NCBI RefSeq assembly: GCF_001194135.2
Contig: NC_068988.1
Span: 67,256,209 to 67,320,208 of the forward strand
DNA: 64,000 nt
Source of the DNA: Octopus bimaculoides
Taxonomy: Eukaryota
Direction: 5' to 3'
The position numbers and the translations under genes are program-made. This document shows positions 25,454 through 37,572 of this stretch, one piece after another; position 1 is the first letter of the stretch; each line of letters begins with the position of its first letter. The notes below the pieces were generated by a model. It was not told the DNA's origin. It searched no databases and worked only from the letters and a program-made list of their open reading frames with translations.

Positions 25454-25946
25454 GAGGTAAAGATGTGGGTGGGCGGCGAATATAGAAAATTTTCGTCTAA
25501 CCTATAGGAAGAATGCTGGATAAATGGAAAACCTAGAATGTATAACCTAGTACTCGAGTTTCAGACTTTCCTCAATACGTTTATTACCGTAAATCTGGTT
25601 AGTATTGTTCAGCTAGGTACCTTCATGGTGATCTATTTAGCTGGAAAATAATGCTGTTGTATTACAATAATATTTATAATTTTTTTATATAAAACCTTTT
25701 CACTGATCTTGATTATGTTTATGGCTTGGTGTATCAGCCGAAGATACAGGCATTGATGTAGCGAATATTTCAAACTTCGTCTTCGTTGCGCCTAGCTGAA
25801 GATGAAGAAGTCTAAGCAGATTTACCAAAACAAACGTAGTGTAGAAAATCCGAAACTCGAGTACTAGGTTATTCATTTATCCGGCGTTCTTCCTAGAGAT
25901 AAAACGAACATCTGCTATGTTCGACACCCACACACATATTTGCCTC
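25454..25946. mobile_element. MITE (493 bp) with ~170-bp TIRs and TA target duplication
   Basis: TA-GAGGTAAAGATGTGGGTGGG...CCCACACACATATTTGCCTC-TA; internal taacctagtactcgagtttc is mirrored exactly by gaaactcgagtactaggtta. Confidence 0.85.
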
Positions 25947-26117
25947 TATACATTCAATGAAGCTTTACATAGCGTCGTGCGGTTATCGACTTTTATTTGC
26001 AGCAAACATTAATGCCTTGTTGAACCACTATTACCTGTTTATAAGTCTACCTTATGGTGCTTTATTTAGTTGGAACATAATACTATTGTATAGCAATAAT
26101 AATTATAATTTTGTATG

Positions 26118-26183
<66 letters not shown>

Positions 26184-26214
26184 TACAAACACACACATAA
26201 ACATATAACTATTT

Positions 26215-26340
26215 TTACGACGGGCTTCTTTCAGTTTCCATCAACCAAATCTACTCACACAAATTTGGTCGGCCCCGGGCTATAGTAGTAGACATTTACC
26301 TATGTCGTTGGGAAGCAAGCTTCTTACCAAACAGCTACAC
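26215..26340 (-). mobile_element. Family-B SINE 5' fragment
   Basis: Reverse complement of gtagctgtttggtaagaagcttgcttccc...gggccgaccaaa...gatggaaactgaaagaagcccgtcg. Confidence 0.8.
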
Positions 26341-26545
26341 ATGCACTTCTGTATACAAATTTTGTATTTCATACAAACATATATATATGTACATATAAAT
26401 ACACATATACACACATACGCGCATTCACATATATATGAGTATGCATGTATGTTCATGTGTGCGTATGCTTTTTGTGTTTGCATGTGTGTGTGTTTGCGTG
26501 TGTATGTGTTTGAGTGTGTGTGTGTGTGTGTTTGTGTTTGTACGT

Positions 26546-26736
26546 GTAACATCTAATACAGTTCTATATTTAAGAGATGAGGAATTATGTACATTATTTA
26601 CATTATTTACATTCAGGTCACTGCCTGGAATCGCACTCGAAATCTTGGGGTTAGTAGTAGCCCGCACTATTAACCACTACGCTCGTAGACAATTTTGGAG
26701 TGAATAGTTGGGCTTATAAATCTAACATTCTCCTAT
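26546..26736 (-). mobile_element. Inverted copy of the Penelope 3' terminus (ORF end + tRNA-like head + tail)
   Basis: 26736..26684 matches 27673..27725 at 44/53 nt, followed by the same gcgtagtggtta...aaccccaagatt...ccaggcagtgacctgaat head. Confidence 0.85.
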
Positions 26737-27693
26737 ATATCGCAGCTATAGGGTTGGTTTTAGTGAGAGTTTGGCTTTAGGATCAACAGCACTAAACCAA
26801 CCCTATGGCTGCAATATGTTGATGACACATTCAAACTCTGACCCACCCAAGAAGATTTCCAAATGACGTTAGATCATGTGAACTCAATAAGGCCATCCAT
26901 ACAATTCGCAATGGAAAAGGTAAAAGACAATCAGCTGGCATTCCTGGACGTATTAACAACACGCACCAAGTATGGATTCAGGACATCCGTATACGCAAAC
27001 CAACCTTTACTAGACGATACCTCAACTTCAACTCCCATCATTCATACAGTGTAAAGAGAGGGATTGCTCAGTGCCTAAAACATCGAGCAATGAATATAAG
27101 TAGCGATCGTGATACCTACCACGAAGAAATGATCAAGCTCAGTAACAATTTATTAATCAACAGCTACCCCAAAAGTATACTGTCCAATTATGAAGAAAAG
27201 AGAGGATGAAATCGATAAGCTGTCCACTGTCTGTCTACCCTATGTGAAAAGCCTCTTCGAAAAGATACAAAAGATATGCGGCTCATATGACATCAGGACA
27301 GTATTCACGAGTAATACAGCACTTCGCAAATATCTGCTCGGAGTAAAACCACCAATAGTAGAGAATATGACCAAGAACTGCGTTTACTCCATCCCATGCA
27401 GCTATGGTAGGTTATACAAAGGCGAAACATGCCGCCCCTTCAAAATAAGGGTAGAGGAACATTGCAAAGATGTGACACGGGGAGATATTGATAAATAGGG
27501 TATAGCTGATCATGTATGGAAAAATGGAGACCACCTTCCCCTGTGATAGACAGAGAACACCACTGGAAAATATGAAAATTAAAAGAAGCAGCATATATGC
27601 TAGGACACAACAACCTCCTAAGCAGACCGAGTGCAGATATGAACAGCATATGGAAACCGGTATTAAGGAAGGATAGGAGAAATTTAGATATAT
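26737..27693 (+). mobile_element. Penelope-like element, 5'-truncated RT + GIY-YIG endonuclease, pseudogenised
   Basis: WLQYVDDTF; VNSIRPSIQFAMEKVKDNQLAFLDV; RKPTFTRRYLNFNSHH; VCLPYVKSL; NCVYSIPCSYGRLYKGETCRPFKIRVEEH (GIY-YIG); IADHVWK. Confidence 0.92.
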
Positions 27694-27950
27694 AAGCCCT
27701 AAAATTCACTCCATAATTGCCCACGGGAATATGGCGTAGTGGTTAAGAGCGAGGGCTACTAACCCCAAGATTCCGAGTTCAATTCCAGGCAGTGACCTGA
27801 ATAATAATAATAATAATAATAACAACAACAGCATCGATAAATACCTTAGGAATGAGAACCCAGGTTCAAAATTTCCCCAGTACGATGAAAGCGCGAGGGT
27901 ATATCAGTTTTCAAGAAGAGGACAAATATCCATCAAATGTAAATAATGTG
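27694..27950 (+). mobile_element. Penelope 3' terminal repeat containing a tRNA-derived Pol III head and (AAT)n
   Basis: A box TGGCGTAGTGG at 27732, anticodon-like stem-loop gaggg-CTACTAA-cccc, B box GAGTTCAATTCC at ~27775; begins 38 bp after the ORF stop. Confidence 0.75.
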
Positions 27951-28090
27951 TAAAATCTAATGTTGTTAATCAATAAAATTATTGAAAACGAAATATTTCC
28001 TAATTGTATGACTCTGAACTGATAGCAAATATTAAGGTATATGTGGGTGCTAAAACACACATGTTCATTTAAATTATTATTCTTTAATTC

Positions 28091-28121
<31 letters not shown>

Positions 28122-28139
28122 TGAGGAAGTGGAGGATAG

Positions 28140-28322
28140 TTTCTACAATAGGCATAAAACCAGGATTTTTGAGTGGACTAAACGATTAAGTTAATCCTAT
28201 TACTCAACTACGATTTATTTCATTGACCCACAAGAAAGATAAAAGGGAAAGTCAACCTCGGTAAATTTGAACTCAGAACGTATTGAGCCGAACATGTACT
28301 GATTCTGCAAGTTCACCGTCTT
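28140..28322 (-). mobile_element. Family-A SINE
   Basis: gtcaacctcggtaaatttgaactcagaacgta; minus head aagacggtgaacttgcagaatc. Confidence 0.7.
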
Positions 28323-28324
28323 AG

Positions 28325-29880
28325 TAATAATAATAATACTTTCTTTATTGGCCACCAGGGCCGAACGCAAAACATAGAGGATTATACACAGATGAGGGAC
28401 AGTGAGGTCAAACGTGTAAACACCAAATAAACACACTGATCAACAAAGAGATTAAATCAACAATATTCTTCCCTAACAAGGGTGAGTTTCACTGTAAGGT
28501 GACCAACGAGACCTCAGCATTTTGGATCCCTTAACACCAACTGCTCCTCAGAAAGGCACCTTCTCTTCTACAATCCATCCGGCTTACAGGCACACACTTA
28601 GAGTAGGCCCATTCACGCGGGCCATTCTTGCCACATTCACCCACCTTTCAACAAACTTACTGAATGATAATAGCCCCCTCCCCAGCCTGACATTCCTTTT
28701 TAGGTGGAACCTGAAAAAGTCAATGAGACCTTGGCCAAAGAGGAAGGTACTCGTCTTCAACACTTTCAATCACTTTCAATCACGCCCAACACAAACCTCT
28801 TTTGTTATAGCCACCAGATAGAGAAAAAATGCTCTCTTTTTCTGACCAAAGGAAGGAGGCGAGCGATTTTCACAATGGGCTCGAAATGATAGCCGGAGCA
28901 TGCAGAACTGTACAAAAGCATGCAGAACTCCCAGCTAACTGCAAACCCATGCCTGTTGAGCTTATCTCGAACCGGCAACGCCCCTTGATAGCACTATCAG
29001 GCCAAGGATTTCTGAAAGTTATCCATAGTTCCCGGCTTGACAGTCCTCCGGAAGAGGTCAGCTACTTGTTTCCCCTCGACCCCCAGAACCTCTCCAAGTA
29101 AGTTGTCGCTCTTGGCCTCTTGTAATCCCCTATAGAACTTTAAGGTGTAACTTCCACCGACCGCATTGTCCGACTGGCTGAACTCTGTGAGAGCTTGGAG
29201 ACACTATAGGTGACAAGTGCCCTGGTTCGGCGTATGTCTGTTCCAGGGCTGTAGCTCCGCCAAGGAGACGAGCTGCGGAAAAGTTTGTTCAACAAACGGT
29301 GACTACATCTGCCCGATGAACCACAATCGCGGCACCTCGAACTTCCCTCCACGTTTACCCTTAGTTCTACACCATTTGAGAGGGAAATCTGGTCTGGGAC
29401 TTTCTCTAACTACTCTGGCCTTAGATGGAGAAGAAACTCCAAGGTAGTCCCAACCCAACTCGATCTTTCAACGTCCAGGAGATTCTCTCCCCCGTCCGTA
29501 TTAATACAGGCGAGAATCCGCCATAAATCCAAGCCTGGTGCGACACCAGGTACCGTACTTCATATCGTCCTTCTTCTCATGTACGTTGAAAAGAGGACGA
29601 TTTCCACGGTGCGACATGGAGCCACCGAGCTCTGTAACGCCTGCCCCTCGGTCTTAACAATGACCTCTAGTCCGCCGTAATTCATTGCTCTTCGCAATGT
29701 GGTAGATATCCTGCCATATGTCTTTCAAGGCGTTTTCCACCCGGTCACGTTTAGCATTTTCGCGTTTCCTTGTCTTTGTGTTCACGCACCTGTAGGCAAC
29801 TGTCCGTTTGGCTTTTGCTTCATGGACGTCGCTTAGAGGTGTCAATTCTGCCCTCCTTCCATTCATCTTCATATATTTTG
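28325..29880 (-). mobile_element. L1/Tx1-like LINE 3' portion with intact 3' end, decayed
   Basis: MDNFQKSLA**CYQGALPVRDKLNRHG...VLHAFVQ (zinc-knuckle region); KFVERWVNVARMARVNGPTLSVCL C-terminus; ends ggccAATAAAgaaagt(att)n. The 5' boundary is uncertain. Confidence 0.75.
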
Positions 29881-30169
29881 CTGCCTTATTTAGTTTTTTC
29901 TGTTTTGTTCCCCAATGAGATGTTAACCAGTTCCTTAGCTACCATGATATTTACAAATGTCTCTTTCCTTCCGATAACTCCATTTTTGTTAGACCCTTCG
30001 CAGCAGCTGTTGCCAATGTTATTTTTCGTGCTACTACAGTTCCCATGTAGTGAGGAAGACTTTACTCCTTCCTTCCTCTCGCCTTCTTTCTGCTTTTCAT
30101 CTTCTTCTTCTTCTTCTTCTTCTTCTTCTTCTTTTCTATCTTTCTTTACTTCCTGCTGTCTACTGCCAA

Positions 30170-30301
30170 TCATGATATTTGGGGGAATGGGACCAGTCGA
30201 TTAGATCGACTCCAGTACGCAACAGGTACTTAATTTATCGGCCTCAAAAGGATGACTGGCAATTCGACCTCAGTGGAGTTGGAACTCAAAACGATTTTGC
30301 C
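30170..30301 (-). mobile_element. Family-A SINE fragment
   Basis: ggtacttaatttatcggcctcaaaaggatgactggcaattcgacctcagtggagttggaactc. Confidence 0.7.
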
Positions 30302-30318
30302 NNNNNNNNNNCACCGTC

Positions 30319-30349
30319 TTAGTAGTAGTAGTAGTAGTAGTAGTAGTAC

Positions 30350-30384
<35 letters not shown>

Positions 30385-30402
30385 ATAATAAAAATAAATA
30401 TA

Positions 30403-30434
<32 letters not shown>

Positions 30435-30440
30435 AATAAT
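30319..30440. repeat. Compound (TAG)n-(AAT)n-(GAT)n microsatellite
   Basis: Direct inspection. Confidence 0.95.
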
Positions 30441-30949
30441 AATATTTCTTGTAGTTGTTTATCTTTGTGCTGCGTTTTTCTTCTGTCATAGATGTTATCT
30501 GTGTAATTAGAACCCAACCAACACAATTCCAAAAAATTTAAAACAATTGGAATTAAGTTTCAAATTCAAGTAAATCAAGAAGAAATTTTGACAATTCCCA
30601 TGGATTTTCCCATGAGCTTGTGTCAATCCCAAAAGATATTGGGCTCTGCTTGAATTATTTTTCGTCCCAGAACATTAACTTGTTAGATTTCACTAATTGC
30701 TATATCTTATTGTTAAGCTTGCGTCTGATAAAGGAGCCTATATTTATAGATCTAGAATATGTAAACTGCTGCAACTCACACATCCCGCCTCCCCCAAAAA
30801 GCAATTACGGGGTTATAAATCACAGAAGTATCACATGAGTTAAAGCGTGAAAGGATCATTCACGTTCGATTACAAGCATACACGATTTTAATTGGAAATG
30901 ATAATTGAGTTGTTATCATTCTGAGCATAATCTTAATTTTTAGCAATAG

Positions 30950-31105
30950 AGGCGCAGGCGTAGCTGTGTAGTAAGAAGCTTGCCTCACAACCACATGGTT
31001 CCGCGTTCATTCCCGCTTCCTGACACCTTGGTAAAGTGTTTTCTACTATAGCCTTGGGCTGACCAAAGCTTTGGATTTCGTTGATGGAAACGGAAAGAAG
31101 TCCGT

Positions 31106-31146
<41 letters not shown>

Positions 31147-31425
31147 CTGTCTGTCTGTCTCTCTATCTATTTATCTACCTAGATATGTATATACACCTAT
31201 GCGTGTATATCTTTGTGTCTGAGTTTTACCCCGACCACTGCTTGACAACCGGTGTCCGTGTGTTCATGTCTCCGTAAGCTAGCGGTTCGGCAAAAGAGAC
31301 CGGTAAAATAAGTACCAGGCTTAACACAATTAAACCGATTGATTTCTTCGACTAAAACCTTTTAAGCCAGTGCCTCAGCATAGCTGCAGTCAAGTGACTG
31401 AAACAAGTAAAAGATAAAGAAAAGA
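30950..31425 (+). mobile_element. Family-B SINE with internal (CT)n
   Basis: Head aggcgcaggcgtagctgtgtagtaag, caccttggtaaagtg core, tail gactgaaacaagtaaaaga. Confidence 0.88.
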
Positions 31426-31734
31426 TCAGCATAAAAGCTATCACTATTTTGCTCTCAGAATCAGTACAACTATATTGTAGAGTTTGCTTATTGATTTTAA
31501 CAGAAGGAACCTTAATGCACATGCTAGCTATAATGTAGACAAAAAGAAAAAAAACGGTAGTTTACAGAACACTGTATTACTTGGCTTCGTAAGAATAAAC
31601 ATAGAAAAAAACATGAGGAATAGCCAGTGATGGTGATTCTACATGGTCCTTCTACATACAGCACCGAAATAATTTTCATATCACACGCTCTAAACTTACA
31701 AAATGTTGGCACTTTGTATAACATGCTCCCGAAT

Positions 31735-32100
31735 AGGCGCTGGTGTGGATTTGTGGTAATAATTTTGCTTCCAACCACATGGTTCCGGGTTCAGATTCAC
31801 CACCTAGCACCTTCGCCAAGTGTCGTCTATTATAGCCACGAGCCGACCAAAGCCTTTTGATTGGATTTGGTAGACAGAAACTGAAAGACGCTCAACATAG
31901 ATATCTGTGTCTGTGTGTGTGTGTGTGTCTGTGTGTGTGTCCACCTCCACAACTTTATAACCGGTGTTGGTGCATTTACATTCCCATAAAATAACGGTTC
32001 GTACTAGTCTTAAAAAAGATAAGCCCTGGGGTCGATTTGTTCGACTAAAGCCTTTCAAGACGGTGCGGCAGAATGGCCACGGTCAAATGAAAAAGATAAA
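31735..32100 (+). mobile_element. Family-B SINE
   Basis: ccaaccacatggttccgggttcag, gagccgaccaaagcc, ggggtcgatttgttcgactaaag. Confidence 0.85.
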
Positions 32101-33091
32101 CGAAGACATTCTATGTTTGAAAATCGAGGTGGTTACAATCTGAATGTCTTTGAACATAAGCCAATTCGATCTTCGTTAAACTAAGGTTAAATAACATCAG
32201 TGTGAATAACAATACACACGAGTTTAACAATAACATTGAGTGGAAGGCAATTATATAGTTTTGATAATCCTCTAAATACACATGTCCGTTGCAGTTACGT
32301 TACTTAAATGAGATATTCTATTATAATACATAGATAGGTGGGTACATATTGCTCTCCCAAAATTAATTGCAGTTCGACTCTTCAATTAATTGTTGTTGTT
32401 AAACAAAGAATGCGAAAACGTTTATATTGAGACTGGGTTGGCGTTGTAATGTAATGTGTAATATATTGGCGGTAATAAGCTTTAAATTATCGAGATGAAT
32501 AGTTAACAAGGTGGGTGTAGATAACAGTAAGATAAAATACTGGCTTCAATGATTACTATAAGTGCGGGTATCAATAGAAATTTGTATATATTACAAGGAA
32601 GATATTATATCGAGCAGCATGCAATAATTACATACTTTCAAGGCGACAAGAGTTTCAAGAATTCTATATAATTGCCATCGACATTTAGACGGCAGATTCT
32701 TAGATAGAAATAGCATTGTTAACGAGGAAATATATATGGGAGGAGAAAGCTAGATATTCATAGAATATAAAAGGGCGAGTAAAAAGCAGGGAAAGGGGAT
32801 ATAAGAAGTGATATACATATAAACATGTGTGTATTTTTGTGTTCTATGTATGTATGTATGTATGTATAGAAACATACTCAGATAGACGGAAGGTGAGAGA
32901 CACATTGGAGGAGAAAAACACGCTTAGAAATAGGGAAACTAAGTCAGGTATAGAGATACAGGAAAAGAATGAATATATAAAACACACACACTGACAGAGA
33001 AAAGACACAAATCGCATGTAATTAAGCACAGCATTATACGCCTGTTGATAGTCTCAGCAAACTAACATTCAATGCAAATATATGCAATACA

Positions 33092-33310
33092 AAGGCGTTA
33101 AGCTGGCAGAAACGTTAGCACCCCGGGCGAAATGCTTAGCGGGATTTCGTCTGTCTTTACGTTCTGAGTTCAAATTCCGCCGAGATCGACTTTGCCTTTC
33201 ATCCTTTTGGGGTCGATAAATTAACTACCAGTTTCGTACTGAGGTTGATCGAATCGGCTGCCCCCCTCCCCCAAAATTTCGGCCCTTGTGCCTAGATTAG
33301 AAACGAATAT
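33092..33310 (+). mobile_element. Family-A SINE, best preserved copy and the only plus-strand copy found
   Basis: A-box region agctggcagaaacgttagc, B box GAGTTCAAATTCC, core ctttcatccttttggggtcgataaattaa. Confidence 0.9.
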
Positions 33311-33342
33311 ATGCAATGCATTACAATATCTATATATCTATA

Positions 33343-33383
<41 letters not shown>

Positions 33384-33393
33384 NNNNNNNNNN

Positions 33394-33959
33394 GAATTTC
33401 ATGGAAAAAAGATTGTTCTCTCTATCTTGTGGCATTGCAAAGGAGTAATTCACGTTTAATTGTTACCACCTAATGCAACAATCAATGCTGAAGTCTACTG
33501 TTAGCAATTAGAGCGTTTGAACCAAGTTTTGAAGAAAAAAATACTCGCTTTAGTGAACCGAAAAGGAGTGATGTTTCATCAGGACAATGCGTGACCTCAC
33601 ACTGCAAAGATCACATCACAGAAGATCAAAGAGCTTGGTTGCGAAAAAAAAATCTTCATCTGCCTTATTCTTCTGACCTTGCTCCTTCAGACTACCATTT
33701 GTTTTGTACTTTACAGAATCATTTGGGGGACATAACTTTCGCAAGCCAGGGGAAGGTCGAAACTGACATTGCAGAGTTCTTCGATTTGAAACCAAAAGAG
33801 TTTTATATTGATGGGATTAAAAAGCTTGTAAATAGATGGAAGGAAGTCATAAATAATCAGTGAAAGTACATTGATGATTAAATTTCAATTAAATATAACA
33901 TTTGATCACTTGTTTTTTTTAATTTAAAATTCGGACAGAACTTATGGGATGACCTGATA
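33394..33959 (+). mobile_element. Mariner DD34D transposase C-terminal relic with 3' TIR
   Basis: KIVLSILWHCKGVIH, TINAEVYC, MFHQDNA*PHTAK, PYSSDLAPSDYHLF, GIKKLVNRWKEVI; TIR cggacagaacttatgggatgacctga-TA. Confidence 0.92.
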
Positions 33960-34925
33960 CTTTCGGTTGTTGTAATATTATTAAATTTTAGCTGTTTCAT
34001 ATTGGGAAGAATAAAGTTATTTGTCACGCGTGCCATGATGCTGTCACTATAGAAGCTGTCTATTTTGCGCTTAGGTGTAATGTTGAGAGTAAATTGTCTT
34101 AGAAGTTATATCGTTTCTACTTAGATATTTTAACATATCTGTTTTAGGGAGGTAAAGTTTGTAGCCTATATTTCTATAAATATTTCTACTATTCGTTTTC
34201 AAGCTTGGTATTTTATAATATATTATTTTTTTTATATATGCATATATTCAAGTGTGAGACATTATACAGTTTGGATATAAATTTTGTTGGGTCTGCTTCG
34301 AGAAGAGATATATAGTGAAATAGAGTATATATAAATGTGTGTCTGTGAGTACATATGTCTACATACGTATGATTATGTGTATATATTTTCGTGTGTACGT
34401 TATACAACTAAGTGTTAGAACACGATAAAACACTATGTCTATTGTTCGAATCTTTTTATGTCTTACACCTCTATGGAAAATTTCAGCGTCTATAAATATG
34501 CACACGTCTATTTAGAAATACATGTTTATTTTCTTTTCAATTAAAACAAACTTATCTAACGGGAAGACATTTTTCAATATGCAAATAAATAATACTTAAA
34601 AATATCATTTACAGTGCTTACGTTATATAAATAGAAAATCGTTGATTTCTAGTCACAGGATGTTCGTAAACTGTCGAAAGCACAATAACGTATTTACATG
34701 AAGTTCTTAGAGAAATTTTCCAATAACCAATATGATTTAATATATAAATTTTCAATGCAAGCGAATACAGAAACTGCGCAATTGGTAGTAGTCGCTAGTC
34801 TTAAGACACCTGTGTAAATAAAGATAAGAAATTTAATACTTAGACTATTATTCTTGTATCTGATAGGAAATTTTGGTTTATAAATCTATTATAATTCTCT
34901 AACAGCCTTAGATTTTTTTCTTGAA

Positions 34926-34960
<35 letters not shown>

Positions 34961-35030
34961 ATTGTAGCTTATATATATATACACACAAGTATATATGTAC
35001 ATATACATTTATGCATGTTTTTGTGTACTG

Positions 35031-35104
<74 letters not shown>

Positions 35105-37266
35105 CATGTGTGTGAGTGTGTGTGCCTTTGTGTGTATTGTGTACCACTATCTTTTAGTGACTGAAAGCAACTCATTGATATTATTTTCAATTTACTTTCA
35201 ATTATTAACTCAGTAAATTTAAATAACATATCTGCTTCTTCAACAACTACTAGCCGTTAATTCTTTGCTTCCTTATCGTGCAGTGAGATAATTTTGTTTG
35301 ATATCCATGGTTTGCTGTCGATACTTCATTTATTTCTCCTCTATCTCTTCGGTTTCCCCATTGTGTATATATCACAATAATATAGAACCCAACGTTCAAA
35401 CATTACCTTAACTATTGCGTTAATCTTATATTTTTTTCCAAGAAATTCGATTACATCTGTCTGTAAGCCGTTTGCGTCAGTAAACAATCTACTACTGTGC
35501 AGTAGTATTAAGGTGAAACCAACCACTAAACTTGTTTCTTTTTCACAAGATCTTATGTTCGTGTTTTACGGTGTTGTATTTGTTGCAATTAGCATATATA
35601 TAGAATTACACTTCATGATTTTTTAAATTTATTCTAGAACTGGTGTGGCTGTAAGCTGCACACTTGTAAACGTGCTTTTAAATTGCGATATCTATTTTAA
35701 ACCAGAAAATACCGCCCAAACCAGTTTATGGATGATACATTCTCATTTAATCTAAACAAATATACAAATTTTGTTTCATGTTATATCCGAATTACAAAGA
35801 GCGTACCCAAAGTTTGCATGCTGTAGTATCTGAATATTTAATTTCCTATAAACACCTTTTAGTGTGTAACTGAATTTGGCCATTATTTGTTGTGTCCATG
35901 TAAAATAATATTTGTGGATAGGTGACTGGATAGAAAATTGTGTTGCAATAAGAACTGAATGTTCAATTGTTGAAGCATTTCTCACATTATCTAAACAGAA
36001 CATTATATCATACCTGTTGGTAAAATGGTAGGACTTCATTGTTGTTATCAAAAACATCTCAAAGCAAGAAACAGAAATTCACCATTCCTTAGTTTATTTT
36101 TATCATTGTATATTTTCCAGACACATACGAATGTCTAAACGAAACACTACGTTCTCTTAACAGGTGTTATTGTTTAAAATACAGTCAAAGCACTTGCTTA
36201 TACCATGTGACAATTATGAGTTCGATCCCAGTAAAGAGCAAACACTGAGGAGTCAGAAAACTTTGGTCCTTCAGAAAAAGTTAAGATAGTGACCTTACAT
36301 ATGCCTTGTATTCATTGCAGTAAACAAGAATACACGACATCAACTTAGCTTACAGTAATGCAGAACACACTAGAAAAAAATAAATGATTACATTAGATAC
36401 GCACTGGCAAACTACTGGTCCAAAACGAAGACATACATTGTCTCCATTTCAGCAATGCTCACCAGGTGAGACATTGATTGATATATGGAATGAAGAGTTT
36501 TCTCAACTGAGTGCAAATTAAAAGTAATTCAATAGCAATTTCGATAATTTATTGTAAATGGCATATTAATAAATTCCTCTGAAGATTCTGAGGCAAGCTG
36601 CGTGATATACATTACCGTTTAAAGGAATCTTGTCTTTCAGAATTGCTGAAGGACACAACACATTTCTCACGATTGTTAATCGAGAAAAACAAAAATAAAA
36701 TAAAAAATTGCAAAGAGCTTTTCATTATAACTTGTATATCATGTTTTAAGAAGGTCATCAATTTTTTACCAACATATATGCAGTTTTCCGGAAACGGTCA
36801 TGAGCTCAGTACAGGGATAACGCTCTATTCTCTCCTAACTACAAGTGTTGAAAAGTAGAATCAAAAGATATATGAAGAATCTAATTATTTCAAGAACAAC
36901 GGATTATCTATTTAATTGGGAACTATAGACTAGTGATTTTTTTGTTTTGTCTTTATGTTTGAACACGGGCCAGTACTAACCCTCTAAGAAATATAAAATA
37001 CCTTAATAACGACTCCAACCACCCTCAAACTATTTAAATCAATTATTATGAGTACTTCACATAGAATATACAAGCTCTCACCGAATGAGATTTCGCAATA
37101 TATCAGCTAAATCAAGATAAAAGTTGAAGATTGCATATATCAGTAAGACTCTGAGAGCCCCCCCCCTATATTTGAGGGGGAAATTGCATACTCCATCAGT
37201 TTTGAACCCGCTATATATCGTAGGTTGTGAAAATGAAACATCAGTGGCAAAATCAACTAGAGCAAC

Positions 37267-37572
37267 GTGGTTATAATAGCAACAATAAGATTTGAAACCA
37301 AAAGGAAATATAAAAACAGAATTCTTACTGATGAGATAAATGTGCCGAGAAGACATACTTTCACTGTTACACTGGGAGAACAGGTGGATATTAGGGACAG
37401 GGGAAAACCTAAGTACGGGTTTGATTTTGAGCAGTCCAACGTAACCCACAGGAACGAAGCAGCAAGTGATACTGTGCACAATGTGGTTGCAGTGGAGGTA
37501 GTGGTACGCAGAGTATCTGACTACGTAAACGGAAAATACTTCGGAATAAATGACATTTCGGACTACATGTAA
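37267..37572 (+). other. Unassigned 101-codon ORF with protein-like composition; possible pseudogene or endogenous element fragment
   Basis: Open for 101 codons with many G-starting codons; the mirror antisense frame is open for ~165 codons. No family recognised. Confidence 0.25.

Noticed and set aside
27731-27800. tRNA-like heads (also 2402, 9872, 33092, 38766) as real tRNA genes
   Set aside because: No complete acceptor stem or cloverleaf, and each continues into repeat bodies.
28344-28349. Sense-strand LINE AATAAA as an intronic poly(A) site producing a soluble ectodomain
   Set aside because: AATAAA is very common in this AT-rich intron and nothing in the sequence singles this one out.
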